IMG/VR virus record: IMGVR_UViG_3300037487_000968
Span: 77,280 to 141,279 of that record
Source of the DNA: a virus
Taxonomy: Duplodnaviria; Heunggongvirae; Uroviricota; Caudoviricetes
DNA length: 64,000 bases
Reading direction: 5' to 3' (one strand)
How positions within the stretch are numbered: position 1 is the first letter of the stretch; every line of letters starts with the position of its first letter. The position numbers and the translations under genes were made by a program. Below the pieces are notes generated by a model that made no database searches, was not told where the DNA came from, and was given only the letters and a program-made list of their open reading frames with translations. Positions 20,912 through 33,836 of this stretch are shown here, in pieces.

Positions 20912-23129
20912 TTACTGATGTACAGTCCACTCATCGGACTCAAGCATATAGCTGTACGCTACGTCTTCGGGCAACTCGCTGCCATCTTGCATCACGCCTG
21001 TTGACACAATCTCTTCTGCTATCGTGCGGGCAGAGTCTTCACTGTCTGCTTCCACTTCGATGCTCTGAACCCAGACTTCCTTAACTCGTACAGTAAACTT
21101 AGCCATATGTTACTCCTATGTGTTGCTTGCTGTGCATGTATTATAGCGTCTATAGGAGCAAAGGTCTATAGACCTCTAGGTGCTTAGGCGGGAAATCTGT
21201 GCCAGAACCTGTCGCAAATTCCAAAATTAAAAAACCAAATCTGGTCGCGAAAGTTATTTTGGAAACCTAGGGTCGTAATTTCGGCCTGAACACTCACACG
21301 CATAGGTATCTAACATCTCGACAGCACTGGCCTCCGCTTTAGTGTTCCTCGGATCCTTGGCCCACTCCTTTGTCTTCTTGTCGAGACTTTTATTCATTGT
21401 GTAAGCACACCAAGCAACGAACAATGCCAGCATTGCTTGACCCCACATAGCAGTAGCGACACCGATGACAGCAAGCACAAGAAAGACACCAATTATTGTA
21501 TTCATTTTATATCAGAGTGGAAAGAAGTACCTTTAAGTGCTGAAGCAAGCAATATAATTAATGCACAGCCTAGCACAAAGACATTAACAACAGGGATTAC
21601 AATAGCAAGCAACAGTGTAGAGACAAACCTAACTGTAAGCGGGTTATGCTCTTCAACTACCTCTACCCAGCAAACAAGACCTGCCAACACAGTCGCGAGA
21701 ATCGCTGCTACAATATACACGATCCAGAAAGTGCTCATGTCTCTAACCGATTAAGGAACTTGTTGAGTGCATCAACAGAGACGCTGCCATAGATCTTTGC
21801 GTAGTTGATGCTATCCAGTGAGTACTCAACCGCTGCGGCAATAGCTGTAGCCTCGTCGCGGGGAACACCCGCAGACATCATGTTGTCTACGAGTGCTGTT
21901 ATTCTGGGATCAGTTTGTGTGCTCATAGCGTATTATACTATCTATGAGCACACTTGTCTACCTTATGCCCGCAAAGCATTCACACGCACATAAGGGCCGC
22001 CGATGCTAACACGCCCGGGCAGATAAGCGTCAGTGTCGGTAACACGAACTTGATTGTTGAAACCTTTGGCACGCAGATTCCTGTTAGCCCGCTCAGCAAT
22101 CTCGCCGGCGTAGGTTGTTTGGTATGTCACAACACGCATAGGTTTGTCGGGACGGGACCAATTCACCGGGTCTGTCCATGTGCGACCTTTGCGGCACTTT
22201 AGTTCGTCAAACGCTGCATTGATTGCTGCACGAACTTCCAATGTGTTGCCTGCTTTCATTTGCTGTCCTTTGTTTGTTGCGATGTATGTATTATAACGCA
22301 GTAGGAACCAGTTGTCAAGCAATAATTGCCAGCCTCTCAGGGAACTTCATTGGCTGCTTGCTGTCGTTGAGGTACACCTTGTCGCCATCGAGCTTTGTAA
22401 CGACCTGCACCTCGATGTAAGCACTGAGGCGTGCAAAGGCAAAGGCACGAGCAACATTCTGCCCTACCTTGAACTTCTTTCCAAGTACATCCTTAGCCAT
22501 TTTGATCTCCTTCAATAATTTCTTTCATTGCCTTACGCTCAGCAACTTCAGCTGCCAACTCCAGGTCAGTGTAGTCATTATAACCACGGAACCCGAACTC
22601 AAGGTTCCATGCAACAACGGTCCAGTCGTTGTCCAACATATCCGCTTTGATGTACTCGATGTCCCCATCAACCAGCTGTTTGATGATTGCTTCACGATCC
22701 ATGTTACGCTCCTTATTAAAAGCTGTCAAAGACCCACACACCGTCTTCCTTGCGTGTAGGCAGGTCGCCACAGAATTCCCAGTTGCCTGCACCTTCCACC
22801 TTCAAATTGGAGTAGGCCATGCCGTCTTCAATTTTGGTAATCACACCGTATTCGTAATTGACTTCTTCGTCGCCCACAGTATCAGCGCAGCAGCGGTCGC
22901 CTACCTGTGGGGTGTCGCCCGCTTCGTTGCCTTCTTCACCCTCGGGTTCTGTGTTGTCCATCAACGTGCAGAGCAGGTTGTTGTAATCACCCGCCATGCA
23001 CTTGAAGATCACATCCGAGATCTCATCTGCTGTCCAGCCCTGCTTACGCGCAGCAGTCTTGAATGCACCCATAAGGGAAAACGCATTGCCGTCAATGCCT
23101 ACGAGCGTCAGTTTAACTTTGTTTGCCAT
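20912..23129 (-). other. Hypothetical CDSs: 20912-21106, 21254-21505 (TM), 21502-21738 (TM), 21735-21926, 21963-22259, 22315-22515, 22493-22702, 22716-23129
   Basis: Cassette promoters, SDs and coupling; starts corrected. Confidence 0.7.
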
Positions 23130-23191
23130 ACAGTCCTTTGTTGCTATGAGTGTATTATAGCAGGATGTTTCCACCCTGTCTATATATTTGT

Positions 23192-24034
23192 TTACTGTAC
23201 TGGAACACCCACCTTGGGAGCATTGGCAAGATAGGTCGCACGTGCCAGCTGCCGTGTGTAACCGTTAGCGGCCATCATCGCTGTGATGATCTGCTCGTAA
23301 CCGTGTCCTGCACGATGCCCTGTGAGCATAATGTTGCGACTGATGGCTGCTTTGCTTGTCCCTACTATAGACGAACCAACAGTCGAAACAAACGGTGCAG
23401 GGCGCTGTACAGGAACAACTACGGGCGCCGGGTAAGGCACACCGATGATGGTAGCCGGCTCCACTTCCTTTGTCACTGCAACCTTCTTGACTATGGGTGC
23501 AGCAAACGAACGCCCACCTGCACCAACAATGCTGTAAGCACATTGCTGGTTAACAGTGCCCAAGCCCTTACGATAGGACAGTGTACGCCCCAACTGAACG
23601 TGCTGGTGACGCCTATCATTCAAACGCACCTTGTGCCCACGATCGGTTGTGTATTCGTACGTGGTGCCCTTACCGTACACAACATCCATGTCGTGTGTGC
23701 GGTCTCCAGTGCCACCCAATGCCCTGCAAACACGGGCCCAACCGTAGTCGTGATTGCGGCCCAATTCGGGCTTCAGGAAGCAAACGATGTGTGCAATTTC
23801 GTGCGGGACAACAACATCAACCATTTCGTCTGTTTCACGCAACAGCATATCGTAGTTGAAACGCATATGATAGACACGGGCAAAAACGCTGCCACGAGCA
23901 CAGGCCATACCACCAACACGACCCTTCAAGTCGAAGCGAATAGCAACCTTGCTCAAGTCCACTCCGTACAGTTCCTTGGCCTTTTCAAACACTGCTTTAC
24001 ATTTTGTAAGCACTTGCGCTTGTGGGGTTGTCAT
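23192..24034 (-). CDS. SprT-like zinc metalloprotease with basic C-terminal domain
   Basis: PHEIAH (HExxH) followed by HDYGWARVC; GGMA and RFN motifs. Confidence 0.8.
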   Translation of the reverse strand: MTTPQAQVLTKCKAVFEKAKELYGVDLSKVAIRFDLKGRVGGMACARGSVFARVYHMRFNYDMLLRETDEMVDVVVPHEIAHIVCFLKPELGRNHDYGWARVCRALGGTGDRTHDMDVVYGKGTTYEYTTDRGHKVRLNDRRHQHVQLGRTLSYRKGLGTVNQQCAYSIVGAGGRSFAAPIVKKVAVTKEVEPATIIGVPYPAPVVVPVQRPAPFVSTVGSSIVGTSKAAISRNIMLTGHRAGHGYEQIITAMMAANGYTRQLARATYLANAPKVGVPVQ

Positions 24035-24092
24035 TTTGTGTGACCTTTGTGTGTTGCGATGTATGTATTATAAGGGAGATGGAACCGATTGT

Positions 24093-27000
24093 CTACCTGA
24101 AGTTGAAATTTCTTATCCACTCAAAACGTGTAGTAGCTGGAACCCACTTAACCATCAGTGTGGTAGGGACAGTGTTAGGCTTGTCAACAACCTCGTCTGT
24201 GTCGATCAAGAGCCAATTTTTGTCTTGCGAGAACTGTACATCACGTGCAAACTTAACAATGCGTACAATTTTGTTTCCCAGCTTTGCTATAACTGCCATA
24301 GTCACCTCGGGAGTTGAATCAGGCCCGATCAAAGGCCACTTGCGAGACTAGCCGAACAGGGCGATAGCAATGCAGATCGCTGATAACCAAGGATGCCCGG
24401 TCATCAATAGGAAGATGCTTGCTACTATAAGCCAAAACGTCATTATGCTGTCTCCTTTTCCCACGCTACATCAGCTGCCGCACCGTATGCCACATAAGCA
24501 TCAGAGCCGTATGCCGGGCGTGTCTCGCACCAATAATCTAAGCAGATCATGCCCGCTGCACGAACCTTTGCTGCAAGTCTATCGCAGTCTGCCTGTGCTT
24601 GCTCGCGAATGTCTTTGTATCCCACAGCCCATTCGTTCTCCCACTTCTGCACACCAGGGAACTCATTGCCGTGAACCCAGCGATTGCCGTATGCATCAGT
24701 AACATAGACGCAGTAGACTTCGCCGATGAAGGACTCGCCGTCTTCTGTGTAGCCAAAGTCCTTAAGATAAGAACTTGTACTAACGTCACATCCTGCTAGA
24801 TCCATTGTATGCTCCTTGCTGCTATGTATTTATTATAACAGCAAGGAACCACTTTGTCTACCGTTAGTTAAACACTTTGCCGTCTACACGAACTTCTGTG
24901 ATGCTGTCTGCTTTGAAGCTGCGGATGATAACCTTGTCTTCCAGCCCGCCTTGTGCGCCTTCTTCTTTGTCGTCAAGCCCAACGATTTCGCTCTTCGCAA
25001 TGGGTGCCCCATCCAGGAAGTATTGTACAGCACCGGGCTTCAGGAAGATGACTTCCACGTAGTAGGCAGTAGCACCGTCTTTGAAATGCTCGATGATTGG
25101 CATATTTGGAACGCGAGTGCCCCAGGCACGCTCGCCGAGCACAAAGCTTGTCGGGTCTTTGCCTTCAGCTACAAGACGCCTGCCCACCATTGCAGCGTAG
25201 CCGTTAACTGTCTTGTTCTGGAAGCACATAACGCTTGCACCCGTCATGCGTTTCGTAACGCGACCCTGCTGGGCATTGCTCTTGCCGCCCTTCAACTTGG
25301 GCTCTGTCAGAGTGTCGATGCCCACAAACGAAGCACCGTTTACGTTTTGGAACGCTGCTATGAGTTGAGTGTGCTTCATTTTGTGCCCTTTGTGTGTTGC
25401 GATGTATGTATTATACGGCTTCTGGAACCGTATGTCAACAACTATTTGCCGGGCGGGATGCCCCACAGGGAGAACCTTCTGTAGCCTCGTGGCTTGCAGA
25501 TCCGCAAGTCAGTACATTGCGAGACCTTGGCGTGCAGGTGTGCAGCGGCATAGTCGTAGTCGAAGTACTTCTCCTCGCGGTTAATGTCTTTGTCCAGTGG
25601 GTCCAGTGCGTAGACTGTGCCCAGCATACACTCCCAGATCAGCCTGCGGTGCTTCAGGGTGATGTTAGCCTTCTTCACACCACCCGCAAAGGGATGACGA
25701 ACCTGCCCGCTGATGGCAGTAATAAGTGGGTTAAGCATTTGCTCTCCTTGTTGCGATGTATGTATTATAACGCAAATGGAACCACCCGTCAACAACTATT
25801 TACGCAGTGACGATAACCTTCGGAGTCAGCGACTTCGCGATCTCCCTCGCAGCAGCCTTCAGTGCCTCCGGTGCGGGTTCGCGGTGTCCCCAGCCCATGC
25901 GATCCTTCAACAAGTGACGAATGAATGCTTCGTTGGGCACAGCCACCACGTCTCGCGGCTTGCGGCCCTTGGCAGCAACAAACACAGCACGGCGATCGTC
26001 AACCGTGACATTGGAACGTTGGGCAGTTGCGAATTTGTTCATATCGTTTCCTTGTTGATTGTTTGTTGCGATGAGTATATTGTAGCAGGGAGTTTCCTCC
26101 CTGTCTACCTTTTAAATCCGGTCTGCCATGATCTCTTGCAGGATCTGCTTGCTCTTGCCGGGCCACATCTTCTGTGCAGCAGCCAGCACTTTGGGGTCGT
26201 CGAGCAGGCCACCTGCCATCTCGTACGCCATTGAGTCATCAATAGCTTCACCACCCATGTCTGCCTTCATGTCGTTGCCAGCATCCTTGAGCATCTTAAG
26301 CAAGTCCATCTCTACTCCTTGTGTGTTGCAAAAATGTTATTGTAGCAGGGAGTTTCCTCCCTGTCTACCTTTACTTACAGGTTCTTCCAGTGATCCGGGC
26401 CTGTCTGGACAGTGTACTTGTACACCGGGTCACCATCGTGCCCATTCACACGCTCACCACGAGCAGCCTTGGCCGCGGCCTTGGATGCATAGAACTCACC
26501 GTTGACTTTGAAAAGACGCTTCATATTTACTCTCCACGTTGTTGTAAAAGTGTATTATAGCAGGGAGTTTCCTCCCTGTCTACCGTTTAGTCCACCAGAC
26601 GGACAATAAAACTCTTGCCGCCCATGCGATCCGTTGCGCGGATAAACATGCCATAGAGGTAGCGGCCCTGGAACTGACGCTTCAGTTGACGCTCCAACTC
26701 CTGTTGTGCAAACAGCGGAGCATGGAAGATGTGCTCGCCATTCCACAGCTTCAGGCGGCGCGTACCGTCCTTAGCCTTGTCATTGAACACAGCGGGCGCC
26801 CAGGGATTAGCTTGGCGGAAGCCAGCATCCTTAAATGCTTGGCGAAGCTTCTTTGTATCAGACATTACTGTCTCCTTTGTTGCGATGCGTGTATTATAGC
26901 AGGGAGTTGCCTCCCTGTCTACCACTTTATGCCAGTACGCAGCGAACAGTGACACCCGGCAGGCCGCCACTATAGCCGAAGCCCGACGGGTAATTCAAGC

Positions 27001-27767
27001 CACCGTCCGTCAGCGTGACATTCTTCTTGCCACACTTCTTCTGCAATGCCTTCAGCATCTTCTTGTTGCCGTTGTAATAAGCCTTCACGCGGCGGTTAGG
27101 GCCTTCATAGCCCGTCGTCTTGTTCGTGTAAGCAGGGTAGCCGCCATGCTTACGCATGATTTTGCGGACTTGGAGTGTGGTAAGCAGTTTCTTCATTCTC
27201 TATCCTTTGTGTGTTGCGAAGTATGTATTATAGCACCAAAGCGGTTTATTGTCAACTAATAGTCAGCAATAAACTTCTTCTTGCCTTCATCCCATGTCAC
27301 AAAGATGACAGCAGTTCCTACACCCTCGGGCGCATCATCCCACGGGAAGTTAATAGTGTACACGAACTCTGCACCATTTGCAATGCCTATGAACTTGCGC
27401 TCACTCACCCTGTCACCCTCGTAGCCACCGGCATGCAATGCCCAAGCAAGCTCACGAGATCCAAGGTTAATACCTTGTATGATAGTCTCTGCCTTAAGCA
27501 TGTTATACTCCTTTTACGTCGTTGTTGGTATTATAACAGGTAGGAACCTACCAGTCAACCAATTTAGGAGACTTTAGCGATCTTGCCTTCTTTCATCGTC
27601 ACTTCGGCAAACCACTTGCGTTCGTACGCACTGGGCCCTACCACTGCGAACTTGCCGTCTGCCTTGTACTCCGGGCCGAACATGCTTGTTTCGCTGAAGC
27701 CAAGCGGCTTGCCAATGCATGCCTTCAAGTCCTTCTTCGTCTTGTAACCGGATGCTGCGAGTGTCAT
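24093..27767 (-). other. Hypothetical cassette CDSs: 24093-24299, 24443-24805, 24864-25379, 25442-25738, 25800-26042, 26112-26309, 26375-26524, 26587-26865, 26927-27196, 27256-27501, 27564-27767
   Basis: Nearly one promoter per gene; starts corrected to the ATG after the leader. Confidence 0.72.
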
Positions 27768-27788
27768 ATAGACTCCTGTGTAGTTAAT

Positions 27789-28016
27789 TTACCAACGATT
27801 GTCACGCTCTTCTGCGCCAATAGCATCGCAGATATCCTTTGCTTCCTTCAGGCCCAGCCCATACTGCTGGCGGATGAACTTGATTGCAAGGACCTTTTGA
27901 CCAGCACCACCGTTGCTGGGATTGAAGAGATTCCATACCAAGTCGAACTCAGCGACAGTCACTTCCTGAGTTGCGTAATTGTGTACCGGATACTTAACAG
28001 TCTTCATCTGTGCCAT
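27789..28016 (-). CDS. Ribosomal protein bL12 C-terminal-domain-like protein
   Basis: KVLAIKFIRQQYGLGLKEAKDICD matches K(V/I).VIK.VR..TGLGLKEAK. Confidence 0.65.
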   Translation of the reverse strand: MAQMKTVKYPVHNYATQEVTVAEFDLVWNLFNPSNGGAGQKVLAIKFIRQQYGLGLKEAKDICDAIGAEERDNRW

Positions 28017-28219
28017 TGTAGACTCCTTGTTGCGATGTATGTATTATACTAGATAGAAGCCAGCCTGTCAACGGCCTGTTACCAAAGCTTTCGTTTCTTT
28101 TCCGGTAACTGGGCAAACAAATGTCAGCAAGTCCCTACCTTGCGGGTCTTCCTCGATGTTGACAAACACAACATCGGCGGGATCGTGAGGCTCGTGGCAC
28201 TCAGGACATTGTACTTGCA

Positions 28220-28447
28220 TTAGCCGAAGTACCCGTATTTGATCTCGTTAAGGAAATCACTCACTGTGCAGATTGCCCAGACTGTTAGTACAATCGCCCC
28301 CACACCGGTGCCTGCTACAAAGAACACTGTCACCAGCAACGGTAGTGAAGACCAGAGTAAGTACAGTGCAACACTGCCTCCCACCAGCAGCCAGGCGCCG
28401 GCAACCCATACCTGCCATTTGATTTGTTTGAGTGTTGGAAGTTTCAA
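28220..28447 (-). CDS. Two-TM membrane protein
   Basis: Hydrophobic ORF. Confidence 0.55.
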   Translation of the reverse strand: MKLPTLKQIKWQVWVAGAWLLVGGSVALYLLWSSLPLLVTVFFVAGTGVGAIVLTVWAICTVSDFLNEIKYGYFG

Positions 28448-28580
28448 ATTGTTCTCCTAAAACATATGGGACAGCACTAATCTAGATGCACAGCAATGCA
28501 CCCTTCGCCGTATTGCTGCACAGCCGCTTGTAAAACGTCAATGCGGTCTCATATCCTCTATGCCTTATTATAGCATAGAT

Positions 28581-28994
28581 CTAAGCGTATGCAATTTGAT
28601 TTGAAGGCCAACGCTCCCTCTTTTGGTACCGCCTTAACTCGGATGCTGTACTAAACACTTCTGACGTGCTGTACATTTCATAGACTTCTGCTTCCTTTAT
28701 GTGCATAATAAGCACAGGTTGGTTGCGAAACTCCTTGAATTGTGTAGCTGTAACATCAATTACATGATCTTCAACCACTACAAAGCAGTGACACTCTTGC
28801 CAAGAGCTTACCCACATATGGATCTTTGCTTCTATTCCTTCTATATTAAGCCGTCTTTGCAGTTCTGCAGACGCAATTGCACACCACCCTTGCAGGTCGT
28901 CTGGGTTATAGTCAGAGCGGAACGCCTTGGCTTCCACCCAGGTTCTGGTTCCGTTTGCTATAGCCGCGACAGTATCGTGAAGCATTCTGTTCAT
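28581..28994 (-). CDS. Leaderless protein with possible Cys-His-Asp (transglutaminase/papain-like) triad
   Basis: GWCAIAS...HCFV...IDVTATQF; TATACT 6 nt before ATG. Confidence 0.45.
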   Translation of the reverse strand: MNRMLHDTVAAIANGTRTWVEAKAFRSDYNPDDLQGWCAIASAELQRRLNIEGIEAKIHMWVSSWQECHCFVVVEDHVIDVTATQFKEFRNQPVLIMHIKEAEVYEMYSTSEVFSTASELRRYQKRERWPSNQIAYA

Positions 28995-29039
28995 GCCACA
29001 AGTATAACTGGGCAAGCTCTATCTGTCAAGCCCTCATTA

Positions 29040-30240
29040 CAGTCTCGGCATTACTAGGGCAGCCCAATGATCCAGCCATGCGAGGCTACACTGTGCTGGC
29101 TCTGCCTCGGGCATTGCCCAGTAACTGGGCACGCACATCCGAGAACGAAACCCTAAGCCGCCTCGGAAGTTAGTAAGCGCCAACTAACCTTTCGAAACCC
29201 TGCCGAGAACGAAACCCTTGGACCATTTCAGAAACCGAAACTCATATTAGATCGAAACTCGAAATCCTAATTGAAATTCGATATCCTATAATTGATTTTC
29301 TATCTTAATGAAGACCGTATGCTATATAATAGGCTAGTGTGCCGCTGCTATGTAATCAATTAGATCTTGTGCTATATAGAAGGTTTATTGCATAATCTAG
29401 CTCACGGTCAAACACTGTGTAAGCATAGGGGCAGTTAATACGTCTAGACTATAGTATAGATCATATAGTATAGGTTCTCGGATCTTACTACACATACATT
29501 GATCTAATAGAGCCGAGGTTAAGATAGAGGACAAACGGCGAAAGGGCTTATATGCCCTATTATCGAAACTCTATCCATAGCATGTCGAGACGTATCTAGA
29601 CAGTGGCTCGTGCAGGCATATATGTAAATCAATATCACCATCTGCATTATGTGATATCCGCTCTAACTCAACTTCTATTATAGGACTCAATACCTATTGG
29701 TTAATCATTTATTATTCGCTGTTATACCTGTTTGCGAAGCGTATATAAGATAGAACTTCTAACTGCTGGCCAATGCTCGTAAGCGACTTTAAGAATAGGT
29801 GTTCTATGGTTCTATACAATGTTATTTATCACCGACCAGATCGAAACAGTATAGAAGATTAGCATAGGGGTTCGGTGATGTGGCCTTGCGTATAAGGCCA
29901 CAGTGGTTAGCATAGATAACCTATGCTAAAGCAATGTCAAGAAAACCACGCGAAAAGGGGCAAGATTCTAGCTTAGAAAAGGTTTAGATAGGGTTTCGGC
30001 ACCTATGCTAGATAGGTTGAAAACAATGGAAGCATTGGATACAGTGTATGCACTATGCACAAAGCAAACCGCATAGGGCTTCTATGCGCCTATTTTACAC
30101 ACATAGGCGCGAAATCCGCGCACAAATCTGCGCCCAAAACCGCCCGCAGGATTCCAATTTGAAAACCTGCCGCAAAAAGGGCACCTAGGATTCCGAATCT
30201 GACCGAGAAATCTACCGAGAGAGGTTCATTCGAATATGTT
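29040..30240. other. 1.2-kb non-coding island (CCTCGG/CCGAGA, GAAACCC, GCATAG motifs, hairpins)
   Basis: No ORF of 60 aa or more on either strand. Confidence 0.65.
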
Positions 30241-30297
30241 CTTTAATGGTGCGTTCTGGATATTGCACAATACCACACTTTATTGCACTTCATTGCA

Positions 30298-31647
30298 CTA
30301 AGGCTGAAGATCGTGCTCCTTTATTCTGCGTTGTAAAGCCTTTAAGGAGCGTTCTACAAACTCGTACCACACTCTTGATTTCATATTAGGGCCGCCATTC
30401 ATGAAGCTGTATATGCTAGTAGGATTCGATAATACAGGGTCTATATCTAAGTCTTCACTACACCATTTCCACAATATAATGGACGGAATACGCTCTAGAT
30501 CTTCTAATAGAAATCGATCATCTATTGGGTATGCTATAACATCAAATAGACTCATTTTCTTCTTCGTATTCAATAATTATTTGCTTTAAGCGACGAACAC
30601 CTTCTTGATTACATAGAGTTTGAGTACCCATTGAATAAGCTTCATATCTCCATTTATCAATAAAATGTCTAGGAACACCGTGATGATGAACTCTGGATTC
30701 ATTGTCTAAATAGATATTGTATTTTATAATATCAAATAGGCTCATATTCAGCTATAGCCTTTCTTGCTTGTTTGATTTTATCTGTATTCGGTATGTCACG
30801 TTCGCTGCGCCACAAGTAACCATAATAAATATGGTTTGAAAGAAGTTTTATATTGAACGCTCTTGTGCTTATATCTTTTCTTACACCGAATATATCGAAC
30901 ATCTTTGATATCAGATCATCAGGCATTCTAGCAAATTCTTCATGTGTTGGTATATCACTTAATGGATATCGTAATACATCAAATAGGGTCATTGTATTCC
31001 GATAGAAGTGTTATTAGGATATTGCGAATTTGTTCCGGTGGCTTGTTGAATTTATTATTATTAGAAAGGCCGTTCCAATATCTTGTGTATCTATAGCGAA
31101 TTTGTTCCGGTAGGGCTTCGAACTCTTTAACCATCACTGGAATGCTTAACGGATACTTGATAACATCAAATAGACTCATAATCATCCCACTTAGCAATAA
31201 GTCTTCTAAGAAAGTCTATTTCCATTTTATCTACATTCATTGCAACAATAACTTCGGGCGTGAGTAGGGCACTTCGTGGTCGCGCATACCAAGCTGAGAC
31301 ACCTTCAATTGATATTGTGCTATGTTGTTTCCATACAGTATGATCTCTCCACTGTTGGATTATCTGTTGTGGTACTCGCTGTAATTCTTCTACAGTGGGT
31401 TTATTGCTTATCGGATATCTAATAGCATCAAATAGGCTCATTGTTGCCCTGCTATGTTATTATCGGAATCGTTGTGCTTGAGCATCAAGTATCTAACTAT
31501 TTGATAAGCGACAGGCCCGTATGCGTCGAATTCGGGTTTGCGATTTAATTCGTGGACTTGATTTAATACTGCGGAAGGTAAGGCACAGTATTCCGCCGCA
31601 GTGGGAGGATTGCTTATTGGATATCTTAGTATATCAAATAGGCTCAC
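30298..31647 (-). repeat. Tandem array of 6 'MSLFD..RYP' paralogues: 30298-30555, 30542-30745, 30732-30992, 30979-31179, 31166-31441, 31438-31647
   Basis: Shared N-terminus M(S/T)LFD(V/I/A)(I/L)(R/K)YP; shared 15-nt start sequence ATGAGYCTATTTGAT-like. Confidence 0.85.
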
Positions 31648-33836
31648 TCTATCACTCGTAATACTTTTAACCATTTATTGAAATCACGCAGCTTCCATTG
31701 GCCGGTCTTAACCCATTCAAATACATGGCTCGTACTTATACCGGCTATCTGATCGTCAGTAAGCCTGTTTTCGTGCTTAATGTCTTCAGAACGAATTTTA
31801 CGAGCGATGCGAGCTTCTAGTTCAGGTATCATTCCACACCTCTCTGAATGTAAATTTCGCCGTCAAGTTTAAGGCTCCAATGTGTTCCGGGGCGATAGCT
31901 TTTGTCAGCTTCGGTTGCTTGGAAGGTCTTGCGATTTATCTTTGTGACGACTGCTGTCACATGATAATGGCCACCACGACCGCGTCCGTTGCAGGTAAAT
32001 TCTACCTTGTCACCAACATAGAGTGAATGGATTGGTACTTCTTCGTACACCCAACCAAGCAACTGAGTAAGGGTCTTAGTTTTCATATAACTGTCTTTGT
32101 TTGCTGCAATGAGTGTATTATATACTGGATGTTGGATGGTGTCAACTACTAACAGATAACAATGCCGGCAATTTCATATGCCTTGTTGCGTAGTTCCTCA
32201 TCTCGGTCCATAGGGACATTCATGTAATGATCGAATCCCATTTCTTTTGCTGCTCTCTTAAGGCAGACCGTCCAGCAAGGACGAATTGTATATGTGGCAG
32301 GATTACGTCTTAGTGAAGAATCTGCTTGTCCCATATCGATCATAGTAACTCCTAAAGCGAAGCACAATCAACTGGAACATCGGCAAGGAGAACAGTTACT
32401 TCCCAAGACTTCTTGGCCTTGAAAAACTTTGCTGCTTCTTGTTGTGCTGCATAGGAGGTTTCAGCAATAACGGTAACCGTCTTGCCTTTGTAGAATGCTT
32501 TGTATGTACGCATCATTGACCTATTGTTTGTTTGTGTAAATGTATTATACAATAGGATCAACCTACTGTCAAGCCTTAGATTTACGATCGAGCACTTGAC
32601 TTTTCAGTGCAGTCAGCACGTTGATTGCAGTGTCGAAATTGTCCTTGCTGGGCCGTGTCTTACACAGTTCAACATAGAAGTCCAGGTCTTCCCAATCCAC
32701 GTCACCTATGTTTTGCCAGTTAGCGGAAGGACGGTCAGCTATCTTTTTCGCCATCTTTACTTGCAGGGCTTTCGCATTGGCTTCAACTTGTGCTGCCCAT
32801 ACTTCATCTACCATTATTCAACTCCGAAATGTTGTTTCAATCTCACGCATACAACTCAACACCACTTGTTCTTGTGTTGGTGGTACAAAATGTCTAATCT
32901 CATTTGCTCTGCCACAGGCCTCTAAACATTCTTCTACAATCAACTCGGCGAATTTTTCATAATCAAAACTGGAGTCAAGTAATTCCCCATTCACTCCGTA
33001 TGTTTCGATTTGGCAAGATTTGGCAAGTGCTTCAATTTGTTTATTCATTTTGTTTCTTCTAGCATAGACAAGTCAGCGGGTAATACTTCGCACCATACCA
33101 CTCCGGGCTTTTCAACCTTAGTGAATTGATGCCAGTAACCGTTGCCCGACCTATTGTATCCTATATAGATCAACCGCTCCGGTTGGCCTTTCCAATTGTA
33201 ACGGCCACCAATCTTAAATTGTTCGTTCATTGTGTCAATCCTAAGCTGTCCAAATCATCGATAATGTCTGCCACAGAAGTTTCGTCCATCTGCACTTCTT
33301 CAGCAATATCAATGTCTTCGAGCCCAGCGTTGTGCAGCTTCAGGATTCGACGCTCGAGTTCAGATAAGTTTGAATTATTCATAAGAAGTAAATGTTCTTG
33401 GATTCTTTTTCCCGTTGCAGAGCGTAGTTGCGTTTTCGCTCGTCTTCACGCCCCATGCCTAATCCTGTTAGCCACCCAATAAAGCCTGCCACCAACGCAG
33501 AAAGGGCACACAATACAATCGTATTGTCGAAACCAAACATTACATACTCCAATATGTTTCGGAGGCCGGGGAACAACAGAGCGGAGTGTCCTCGGCTTCC
33601 ATATACTTCTTGCCAGACATCAAGTTGACACGCTCAACCATCTTGACAGGATTCATTGCGCGATAGCACTGATAGTCAGCCGACGAATACCAAAGGTATT
33701 GTGTCTTACCAACCTTCTTATTCAACCGCGTTGCAGCCGTCTTACATCCAGTCATGCTGTTGTAACGGGCATGAGTGATTTGGCCGGGCTTCTTATACAG
33801 TGAATCTGTTTCGTTGTCGAAGATAACATAACCCAT
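31644..33836 (-). other. Hypothetical CDSs: 31644-31832, 31829-32086, 32149-32343, 32352-32516, 32569-32814, 32818-33048 (FAELI family), 33045-33230, 33379-33576 (TM), 33540-33836
   Basis: Coupled small ORFs and cassette promoters. Confidence 0.65.
33227..33382 (-). CDS. Stand-alone LuxR/sigma-region-4-like HTH peptide (51 aa)
   Basis: LSELERRILKLHNAGLEDIDIAEEVQMDETSVADII pattern. Confidence 0.5.
   Translation of the reverse strand: MNNSNLSELERRILKLHNAGLEDIDIAEEVQMDETSVADIIDDLDSLGLTQ

Noticed and set aside
10851-31674. Diversity-generating retroelement explanation for the paralogue arrays
   Set aside because: No template/variable repeat pair differing only at adenines, and no reverse transcriptase in the window.
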